A stretch of 63,228 nucleotides of DNA, filler included, from Octopus bimaculoides (taxonomy: Eukaryota): NCBI RefSeq assembly GCF_001194135.2. It is 3 parts of 3 records of this genome, joined end to end, with 100 filler letters (N's around TTAATTAATTAA, not from the genome) between each part and the next. Parts side by side here need not be neighbours in the genome. Positions count along the whole stretch, not along the records: positions 48,072 to 63,228 come from NC_068992.1; 2 more parts are not named here. One strand, written 5' to 3'. Below the pieces are notes generated by a model. It was not told where the DNA came from. It did not search any database and was given only the letters and a program-made list of their open reading frames with translations. The position numbers and the translations under genes are program-made. Shown here piece by piece: positions 53,848-63,228 of the stretch (its first letter is position 1; each line of letters starts with the position of its first letter).

Positions 53848-54221
53848 TTTTATTTGTTTCAGTCGTTTGACTGCGGCCATGCTGGAGCACCACCTTTAAT
53901 CAAACAAATTGAAGCCAGAACTTATTCTTTGTAAGCCTAGTACTTATTCTATCAGTCTCTGCTGTCAAGCCGCTAAGTTACGGAGACATAAACACACCAA
54001 CATCGGTTGTCAAGCAATGGCGTGGGGACAAACAGTCACACCAACAAACACATACATACGATGGGCTTCTTTCAGTTTCCATATACCAAATCCACTCACA
54101 AGGCTTTGGTTGGCCCGACGCTATAGCAGAAGACACATGCTCAAGGTTCCATGCAGTGAAACTGAACCCAGAACCATGTGGTTAGTAAGCAAGCTACTTA
54201 CCACACAGCCACTCCTGCACC
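53848..54221 (-). mobile_element. Family-B SINE just downstream of PIGO coding exon 2, same strand as the gene
   Basis: Full head-core-tail, starting ~130 nt into the intron. Confidence 0.85.
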
Positions 54222-54352
54222 TGTGCAGAATTAGAAGTAAAGAAAGCAAAGTATGTGTTAGTTAAGTCTACAAATATTTACATCCTAGCCAAAAACAAAA
54301 AAATTATAAAGTCTTAATGTAAAGTAAAATCAATGTATAAATCGTGGCTCAC

Positions 54353-54509
54353 CTTTGATGGTGGATATCTTAAACGTGATGGACTGTATATAAATAAACC
54401 AGACTCTATTTCATCTTTACTGTCACCGCCATGGTCGCCCGTGTCAGTCATGCCATGATCTCCAAACAAAAACAATATTGTATCATCTTTCATCAGTTTC
54501 ATGACAGAA
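54353..54509 (-). CDS. PIGO: PIG-O second coding exon
   Basis: Acceptor ttatgtttcag|T completes GA+T=Asp in phase with the first exon. Reads SVMKLMKDDTILFLFGDHGMTDTGDHGGDSKDEIESGLFIYSPSRLRYPPSK (GDHGM and GDHGG motifs). Donor AAG|gtgagc, phase 0. Confidence 0.93.
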
Positions 54510-54627
54510 CTGAAACATAACAATTTTGGATTAATAACTTCATGTGTGTGTGTGTGTGTGTATGCTTGGTGTACAAATATTATGTATAAGTGTGTGTGTG
54601 TGTGTGTGTGTGTATGTATGCACTTAT

Positions 54628-54870
54628 GTGTACCCTAGACTTGCCATCATATGATGGTTATAAATGAGAGTCACTGTCATGCAGTTAAGGTTGTTCATCT
54701 CCAGTCTGCCATGGCAAACATACCTGGCCATGGGACATATTACCTTGCCTGGAAATAGGTGAGGGTCAGCAACAGGAAGAGCATCCAGCTATAATAAAAT
54801 TTGCCTCAATAAACTCTTTCTAAGCCATGCAAGCATGGAAAAAAGTAGATGTTGAATGATGATTATGATA
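54628..54870 (+). mobile_element. Second copy of the 49912 short element (PIGO intron)
   Basis: tattaccttgcctggaaataggtgagggtcagcaacaggaagagcatccagc...catgcaagcatggaaaa...(gat)n. Confidence 0.65.
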
Positions 54871-55754
54871 TAGAGTTGAGTGAAGAAAGAGTAGTTAATC
54901 CCATAGCAGAGATTAATATTGTTTGGTATTTTGGTTGAATTAGTCTTTTGCAACTATGGATTTTTGTCCACAGTCTCCAGACAAGTTGTGACATGCCTGA
55001 TGACGCTATGAACATATCGGCAAAACTCCAGAATAGCAAGAGACTGACTCAAACAAAATAAATGTAAATATTCTTTATTTATGCATTAACAATGTTACCA
55101 ATGGTTTCATGTGGACAAACTTCCACAATTTTCAAATGATCCACTTACGAATTTACCATTGTTAAACTACAAATTAAGAACATTTATCTACCAAATGTGC
55201 TGTTGAGCACTCATTCTCATTGTACAATACTGTCATAAGTGTGTGTGTATAAATGTGTATATGCGTATTTCCTTGGGGCTGGCCAGATTGGAGTAATCTC
55301 GAGTATAACCAGCCGAAATTGCAAAGATAATCTGGAACTCAACTGAGGAAAGAAAACTCAGAATGACCTGTCCTTGTTTTTTCCTGTCCCTTTTTTGTAT
55401 CATCTGTCTGGATGTTTGCATTCTTGTCCCATTTTTTGTNNNNNNNNNNNNNNNNNNNNNNNNNNNNNNNNNNNNNNNNNNNNNNNNNNNNNNNNNNNNN
55501 NNNNNNNNNNNNNNNNNNNNNNNNNNNNNNNNNNNNNNNNNNNNNNNNNNNNNNNNNNNNNNNNNNNNNNNNNNNNNNNNNNNNNNNNNNNNNNNNNNNN
55601 NNNNNNNNNNNNNNNNNNNNNNNNNNNNNNNNNNNNNNNNNNNNNNNNNNNNNNNNNNNNNNNNNNNNNNNNNNNNNNNNNNNNNNNNNTATATATATGT
55701 ATACTATTATTATTATTATTATTATATATCAAAATCAAATGGAAACTGTAGTTG

Positions 55755-56020
55755 TGATCCCTGTGCTGGTGACACATAAAATGTACCATCCAAATATGGC
55801 CAGTGCCAGCGCTACCTAGACTGACTTCCATGCCAGTGGCACGTAAAAAGCATCCACTACAATCTCGGAGTGGTTGGTGTAAGGAAGGGCATCTAGCTGT
55901 AGAAACACTGCCAGATCAGACTGGAGCCTGGTGCAGCCTCCTGGCTTCCCAGACCCCTGTCGAGCCGGGCAACCCATGCCAGCATAAAAAACGGATGTTA
56001 AACAATGATGATGATGGTAA
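55755..56020 (+). mobile_element. RTE-type 3' tail element (same family)
   Basis: gccagtggcacgtaaaaagca...ggaagggcatctagctgtagaaa...acccatgccagc...(gat)n. Confidence 0.75.
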
Positions 56021-56983
56021 TGATGATACTATATATATATATATATTGCCTAGCCATTGTGATACTAATAACCTGGCATAGAACTCAATCTATATATGCT
56101 TCTAAACAAAGTGTTAGTAGAGTACAGTGGTAATACGAAAAAGAGATGACAAAAGAATAAATGATTATCTTATGAACCTCATTAGATTCATCAGAGCCTC
56201 AAACATGAAGCAGCACTTCATGTTTGAGGCTCTGTTGAAGCTACAAAATGTTACTCAGGCACCCAACTGCGAGTCAACAGCATTTTATAGTGGAAACAGC
56301 TTTAAGCTAATGAAGCTCATAGGATAACCATTTATTCCTTTGTCATCTCTTTTTTCTTTTATATATATAATTTGTTGTGTGTGTGTATATAAATATGAGA
56401 GAGAGAGATAGGAGAGAGGGGGAAGGAGAGAGAGAGAGAAAGAGAAATATAGATTTCGTTTTTCAATGTGTATATATGTCTGTCTGTTGCTGTTATTTTT
56501 TAGCTTCAGACCAACACTGGTTGAGAAGACTTATGATTAAAGTAATGGTACCCAGTCAACTTAAGCCATTAGCAATTTAATACCACCATTTGGTCCTCTG
56601 TTGCAATCATTCAGTCTAAAATTCTAGGTTGAAGATACATCTTTCCTGCTACCAACAAATCTCTGAGGCCCCACAAAATAAGTGGTGGGATCAGAAGTAC
56701 TGCCCTACTCTCTTTGACAAAGAAAGAAAAACGAACACTTCCACTTTTTTGTCAGACAGTTTGTGTACAGGACTACACTATTTACCTTTGTCCTTTAGGG
56801 TTTTGATATGAGGAAAATATAGCTGCTATTTCTGGCAGTTTCAACAACACAATAGCATTTTTATTATTGGGCTGTGTGTGTGTGTGTGTGTGTGCTGATG
56901 ACACATGAGGTTAAGTTGTTTAACAAAAAAAAAAGAAGATAAGAAAGAAGAGACCATGCCAAGAAGTAATAACAGCTTCTTAC

Positions 56984-57744
56984 TCAAGCATTTCGTTCAT
57001 TTGTGATAGTTTCTCGGCCATAGCTGTATGGTTTGGTCCAAAACGATGTCCGCAGTGGTCAACACCAAGGAAATGAGCAATCGAAACATGCCAGTCGGAC
57101 TTGGCAAGCTCTGATGAGAGATGACTTATAATCCCATTATCTACACTGTGTAAATCTTTAACATTGAAAGAAGGAAATGCAAAAGATTTAGTAAACCTCC
57201 CAGGAAAAAGTCCCATCCATGTATCATCTCCGAGGAATTTGATCTTCTTCTTCTGAGCAACTAATTGATCGATAATGTTATCTTCTGTAATTTCAGTAGA
57301 ACGGAAATTCGACCCAGCTTCGATAAATGTAGGAAGGCTACCGGTCGTAAGTCCAGTCAGTCGTTGCATGGTCGTTGTAGGAGGGTCAGCTATAAATTTA
57401 TACAACATTGCACGATCTTTCTCTTGGTTATATTTATCATGTACAACTGTTAATTTGTTAATATAAGGCAACATATTTGTTTTAGCTGTATTATTGGGGA
57501 CGAGGAAATCATACCGCAAGCCATCGATAATGATGATGATAGCTCGTCGAAAACGTCCGTGCATCCAGCATCCCTGCTCTCCGTGTCTTTCCAATACAGT
57601 CGCAAAGTTGACATTACATTGACTTTTTTCTGGTAATACGGTACGTTTCAACAGAAAACCCTGAGCAAAGATATACACGGCTAACGCATAAAGAAATGTT
57701 AAGACCAACAGAAGGCAAAACAGACGACACATGCCCAGAATCAT
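56984..57744 (-). CDS. PIGO: GPI ethanolamine phosphate transferase 3 (PIG-O), first coding exon
   Basis: Translation has an N-terminal hydrophobic anchor, then IIIIIDGLRYDF, FIADPPTTTMQRLTGLTTGSLPTFIEAGSNF, FLGDDTW and AHFLGVDHCGH, the alkaline-phosphatase-superfamily motifs of PIG-O/Gpi13. The ADPPTTTMQRL...GSLPTFI...GSNF block favours PIGO over PIGG. The exon ends CTT GA|gtaaga (phase 2 donor at 56983-56982). Confidence 0.95.
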
Positions 57745-58259
57745 TTTGTTAAAGACGCAAACACAATCAACTGGTCTGATGTCTGTTACAGCTAAAACTT
57801 GAATATAAGAATATAGGCTAGCAATAAATATATAACTAAACTCAATAAATAATCAGTATATGGTATGTGAAATAACTTAGAAGTGGTTTAAGTGTCTATC
57901 TAGTTAAGACCGGCAAACTAATACACATCCAAAATATGTTAAATGAATGTATTGTTTAATGACTTTAAAATAACGAATAATTGTGAAAAATGGCCCAAAT
58001 GTGCAACAATATAAAACAGCTAATTGGTGTATAATCTGCTAGGTAATTACAGCTAAATGTCATAGTCTATGCATGAAAAAATAACGAGAAACATAAGAGA
58101 AATTCCACGGGAATTTGTCGGTGAAGGTTGTCGCCTTGGGAAACATTATAAAATAAACATTAATTAATGATGGAAACACAAACATAGGAATTACTGATTT
58201 CTTGTAGATTTCTAAAGAGAAAACTAGTTAACTGTTCCTCATTGTACAGAGATGCTCAC

Positions 58260-58335
58260 CGACATACATCGTAGCTGAAATTGTAGTTAATTACAATAAT
58301 CAATTTAAGAAAGTTTAAAAAAACAAATAAACGTC
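58260..58335 (-). other. PIGO: Probable non-coding 5'-UTR exon of PIGO (5' boundary approximate)
   Basis: Strong donor TCG|gtgagc (exon ends at 58260) and acceptor ttcaagttttag|C (next exon starts at 57791, 47 nt before the ATG) define a 468-nt intron (57792-58259). The exon lies just downstream of the ETS-motif cluster. Inferred without transcript data. Confidence 0.5.
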
Positions 58336-58339
58336 CTGT

Positions 58340-58440
58340 ACATGCCGGAAGTTTCGCTGGCGTGGGAGGAAGTGGCGATGACTGCAACATTAGCGCCATT
58401 CGAGTTACTTCCCTTCACTCTAAGGGGAAATAACTCTCAG
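58340..58440. promoter_or_regulatory. Housekeeping-type promoter patch upstream of PIGO
   Basis: Local GC/CpG rise with CCGGAAGT (58345-58352), GGAAGT (58368-58373), a YY1-like GCGCCATT, and an imperfect inverted repeat GAGTTACTTCCCTT/AAGGGGAAATAACTC (58402-58436). Confidence 0.55.
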
Positions 58441-59836
58441 AATTGTGCTGTTGAGAAACGTCTTAAATAAAAGGAAACGAATGTATTTTCAATCCTCCTA
58501 TAGCTTGTAGATTTTATTCGTTACTAAATAAATCAATAAGTCATTCAAGACACATTTGTTTCACTTTAATTCAATGAAAAAACTTCTGTATGAGAGACAG
58601 AAACAGCAGCAGTTTGGGTTTTTTTTGTTTTTCACAGCAGGGTGCACTCTATCACCTGTAATGATTATATATGAGATCCAGTTTTAGCAGCATTTAGTAG
58701 AGAAGGCGCGTATTTCTTGAGCCGGTTGTTTACCAAGTATAAAAATCAATGTGTATCGATGCATTGTATTGAACAAAATAAATATTAATTGCTTGTTAAG
58801 ATAATCACTTAATAAGATGCATTATAATGTCAGTTGTTACAATATAGAAATAACTTCTTATTGTTGTTTGTGTGTACACAAGTTATTGGTAGCTCTCCAG
58901 TCCATTGTATATGTCAGCTTCATCTCTGTGTGACTACTAAAGAGAGACAGGTAAAAGAAATGTAGATAGAAAGAAAAGGTGACAAATCTACTTTCACTCA
59001 TTGATCAGCATACTGAGAGCTGCTCTTTGAGCAGAGACCAGTTGAACCAAGAAGAAAGAAAACTATTTGACTTTATGCATTTATAGTTTTCATAACTGAC
59101 TTAAGTCAAGCAAAAGAATTTCTCTCAAACCAGCTTTGATCAATGAATGACTTGCAAAAGATGAAGAGATCAGTTTATTCTCGTAGATTTCTTAGTGCAA
59201 CAGGCTAAAACAATAGGCCAATGGCTCATAGAAATATATGGATTTGGTTTTGGATCCTAGCTTAGAAAGTTGGTAACTGTTTGCTACACATCTAGCATTC
59301 TATATTAAAATTTTATTTCCAAACTAAAAACTAAAACTGTTTATGTCTTTTAATTAATAACATATGATAAGTTTGAATTCCTAGTTTGTAGATCACAAAA
59401 TTATTACCTATACAAATTTTGTTTTTATCAAGCTCTCCAAAACTGTACACTATGCTAACTCTCTAATGATATTTAGTTTCATATCTATAATGAATGCATA
59501 CATTCATCATCTTGGTAAATCAATATTACACATTGGTAAATCAATATTACAACTCTGTTTCGATTTTTGTCCACTTACCCAGAAAGGACTCTTAGGGATA
59601 AAAAAAAAGGAATATCCCAGCATTCTCTTTCTTACTTCCTAAAAATATATAGTTTTGTCCCTGGTTACAAGAAACAAGTATTTAGTTTCAAACGTTCCTT
59701 ATTCCATGTTCGACTACTGTCAGGATCATCTTTATCTTCCATTCCTCCAGAATGAATATCCAATATTCCCCTCTAAATTTTGTAATTCTTACTTTCAATA
59801 ATTTCTCTTGTAAGAAAGCAGAGTCACTGTGGTTCT

Positions 59837-59904
59837 TTAGCCATTAATCAAGAAGATCTATAAATAAATTCCTTAGCCATTAATCAAGAATATCTATAAA
59901 TAAA
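59837..59904 (+). repeat. Local 36-bp tandem duplication
   Basis: ttagccattaatcaagaa(g/t)atctataaataaa occurs twice, 36 nt apart. Confidence 0.9.
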
Positions 59905-60193
59905 GATGTTCTAAAAGAGACCATCCAGTCTTATTTCTGATAGTGCATCCAGGATCATATAACCTGATATGCTTTTCATTTTGAAGGCAGTAGGGTGTGA
60001 TTTGAGGGAGATTTGGCTGCTATTTATAGCAGGTCAATCAACAATACACAAAGGAGTAGACTTACTTGTTATGTTACTGTTAATCCATTCATAAACCTCA
60101 TACCATGGAGATTCATAACCAGGTTCGTAAATACAACATTATATGGATTAAAACGAAGTCTCACTCATGCTACTGCTACTAATTCTTACTTCC

Positions 60194-60516
60194 TGGCACT
60201 CCGTCAGTTACAACAACAAGGGTTCTAGTTGATCCGATCAATGGAACAAGCCTCCTCATGAAATTAATGGGCAAGTGGTTGAACACTCCACAAACATATG
60301 TACCTTTAACATAGTTCTCAGGGAGATTCAGCCTGACACAGAATGTGACAAGGCTGGTCCTTTGAAATACAGGTACTACTCATTTTTGGCAGCTGAGTGA
60401 ACTGGAGCAGTGTGAAATAAAGTGTCTTGCTCAAGAGCATAACATGCCACTGGCAATTGAACTCACAACCTTACGACCATGAGCCATCTGTCCTAACCAC
60501 TAAGCCATGTGCCTTC
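60194..60516 (-). mobile_element. tRNA-derived SINE, same type as 53399-53719
   Basis: Colinear by eye with the 53.4-53.7 kb copy. Confidence 0.75.
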
Positions 60517-61799
60517 ATGCTACCAACTTTTACTGAAGCTCTATTATCTATTTCATGGACTGAAGCATATAAATACTTTTGCCTTGCTCAGAGACAATGG
60601 AAAATGCCTGACATGGAACTGAACTCACCAACTCCAATCTGAAAGTCCCTTGTGTTATTCATTTAGTAGTTTTACATTTTAGATTTTATCTAATTCGAAA
60701 ACGAGACAAGTTTGTACATAGCATCAACAATGTTGTGTTATAATCTTTGAGTTCAGCATTTTAAGCTAATTTGTAGCAAATGATACACTCAATGGATTTG
60801 TTGTCTTCTACAGTGAATTGTATCTGTATATATTACTTCTTTACAGCTAAGTAAAGTAGGTCACTGAAAATGGTCTTTGTTAGTAAGAAGGAGCAGCACT
60901 AGTAATGGGAAATCAATCACCAATTAGTGGCTGAACATGTATGTGTGTGCGTGTGCATGTGTGTATGTGCATATACGTGTGGGGGGAGGTGTATGGGATT
61001 GTCTGTATGTATGAGAGAAAGAGAAAGAGAGAGAGAGAGAAAGAAAGAGCTTCAATTGCATCACAATGACCAGTTATTTCCATTGTACTCATTGTACTCA
61101 TTCATTTAGTTATTCTTATTTTATAGCTTGTTCATTCTGTCTCCAAAATATGGTACAGTTGAAGAAAGCATCACAGCTCTTTAACTCAAAGGCTTAGAAT
61201 TCAACTTATCTCTTTTTCATCATTAAAAAGATATTTTATTATAGTTATTACTGAATCACAAAACTATATCAACTGTATATATTTGTGTGTGTACATGTGT
61301 GGGATATACATGTGTGCATATCACAAGTTTGCCTCAATGTAATGATTAGCTAAAAGCTACATACACACATACATACTTACATATAGATGTGTATATGTGA
61401 GTGTGTACGTATGTGTATGCATACACACACACACACACACACACATAATAATAATTAATAATAACTGGACCTTTTTGTCTATGCAGACGGTCAATTTAGC
61501 TTAGAGGTCACTTAATCAAACATATCAGGGGCTCCCTTTCTTGCAACTTCTTTCATGGCTGATTCTTCCTATGACTGAAGTGCAGCTTCTGTCACAGTAC
61601 TTGCATACCCTGAGAGTGGCTCAGTGCTCTGCATTTCTGCAGTTTTCCTTTCACCGCTGACGTTTCTCAACTTGTTTGTTTCTGTAGCTGCATACATACA
61701 TACATAACTAAAATTAGTGAAATCAAAATGCTCATTTCAGCAGCACTTTCAAGCAGGAACCTGGCCAGTATAATGTTAAATACAGATATAAATGTTACA

Positions 61800-61895
61800 C
61801 CTGTAGTGGCGCGAAATTATGGCTGCCATTAAGGAAGGACAATCTACGCATGCGCAAGGGTCTTGCATTCCCGGAAGAGTGTGCATGCGTAGTAA
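61800..61895. promoter_or_regulatory. Second promoter-like patch (NRF1-like pair, ETS, YY1-like)
   Basis: CTACGCATGCGC (61844-61855) and GTGCATGCGTAG (61881-61892) form an inverted pair around CCGGAAG (61871-61877), with ATGGCTGCC upstream. No linked gene identified. Confidence 0.4.
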
Positions 61896-62374
61896 AACCA
61901 GTACTTAAAGCACTTTGCGCACTTTCTAAGCTTCTTTAGCGCAATGCTTTCGACATGACCACTATTTGCTCCTTTGGCATGCCTCAACGAAGCTCTTAAT
62001 ATCCAGATGCCGATTACAAGTTAACCAGCGGATGCTAGGCTGAATGACACAGGATTTGTAAAGCCAAGCATCACCAAAATAAAACTTATTTTTATTATGT
62101 TGTTAATTGTTCTACTATTTCTTAATATATAATTTTGTTACATTGGTGGCCCCAAGTNNNNNNNNNNNNNNNNNNNNNNNNNNNNNNNNNNNNNNNNNNN
62201 NNNNNNNNNNNNNNNNNNNNNNNNNNNNNNNNNNNNNNNNNNNNNNNNNNNNNNNNNNNNNNNNNNNNNNNNNNNNNNNNNNNNNNNNNNNNNNNNNNNN
62301 NNNNNNNNNNNNNNNNNNNNNNNNNNNNNNNNNNNNNNNNNNNNNNNNNNNNNNNNNNNNNNNNNNNNNNNNNN

Positions 62375-63228
62375 CATTAACCTGGAAGAGACGACGATAA
62401 ATAAATTTGTCAGAGCTAAGTGGCTGCCCAGAAGACGACCAGCTTGGAGGAGAAGGGTATGGAAGCTCAAAGATCCTGCGAATGGACAGAGATTTAGAAA
62501 CTTATTACTCGAAGCCTTCGACGAAATAGAGGGGGATATAGCTTCACACAATGTAGAGGACAACTGGACGTTTCTACGGGACAACCTGCTGATGGCCACC
62601 GACGAGATCTGTGGTTGGTGCAAGGTCCCTTCTCGACCCAAAATAACGTGGTGGTGGAACAAGGAGGTAGACAGGGCTATTAGACAAAAGAAACAGGCTT
62701 GGAAGGACTGGAAGAACGGTGGTAGCAGGGAATTCTATCAAACTGCCAGAAGGGAAGCTAGGCGACAAGTTTATTTAGCCAGAGGGGAGGCAGATAAGAA
62801 AAGATTTGCCAATGTTCTGCGCCGTGAGGACCAAAGACTCGAGGTATTTCGTGTTGCAAGGTAGTCTAGGAGAGAGAATAGGGATGTAGTAGGAGAGAAA
62901 TGTGTTCGCATGGATGATGGTATGCTTGCTCTAAATGAGGCTGCAAAGAAAGAGGTCTGGAGATGCCACTATGATAGATTGCTTAATAAAGAGAATGAAT
63001 GGGAGAAAGAGAGTCTGCTGTATGTCGACCCAACAGAGGAACCAGCTATCCGAGTTGACAGTACCATGGTAGATAAAGCAATTAAGAGTATGAAGACAGG
63101 GAAAGCCCCCGGCCCATCAGGAATCACTGCGGAGATGCTCAAAATATCTGGCAGTGTCGGCTACAGCCTAGTCACCTGTATTACGAACCAGGTGATACAC
63201 GAAGGAGTCATACCCAATGACTGAGGTA
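62375..63228 (+). mobile_element. RTE-clade LINE ORF (post-endonuclease linker into RT start), inactivated
   Basis: One frame: RRVWKLKDP...VEDNWTFLRDNLL...ICGWCK...KITWWWNKEVDRAIRQKK...W..HYDRLLNKEN...KAIKSMKTGKAPGPSGITAEMLK. In-frame TAG at 62862-62864 and TGA (a W codon) near 63222. Runs off the window. Confidence 0.9.

Overview
Eukaryotic, AT-rich, gappy draft-assembly DNA. Its SINE families and dense microsatellites look cephalopod (Octopus-like); this is pattern recognition, not a database result. The only confidently named gene is PIGO (GPI ethanolamine-phosphate transferase 3) on the minus strand: two coding exons (56984-57744, 54353-54509), a probable 5'-UTR exon and an ETS-rich promoter near 58.35 kb. 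I could not find its later exons. Most of the rest is simple repeats, at least three tRNA-derived SINE families, RTE-type 3' tails, and decayed autonomous elements: mariner/Tc1 (4), RTE LINEs (3), L1/Tx1, R4/Dong-like RLE LINEs and a Penelope GIY-YIG remnant. The best second-look items are: (i) two minimal type-I hammerhead-ribozyme folds with non-canonical cores, one (U3/A8, 30414-30456 minus) just 3' of the Penelope ORF and one (A6U, 19451-19487 plus) in a dispersed repeat; (ii) a phase-compatible 3-exon candidate gene for a ~116-aa secreted protein (38850-43270 minus) that the ORF track misses; (iii) a ~73-bp insertion in a Tx1 remnant that matches sequence 2.2 kb away; (iv) a ~215-bp diverged inverted-repeat pair. 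Nearly all long ORFs in the supplied track are artefacts of N-gaps or microsatellites.
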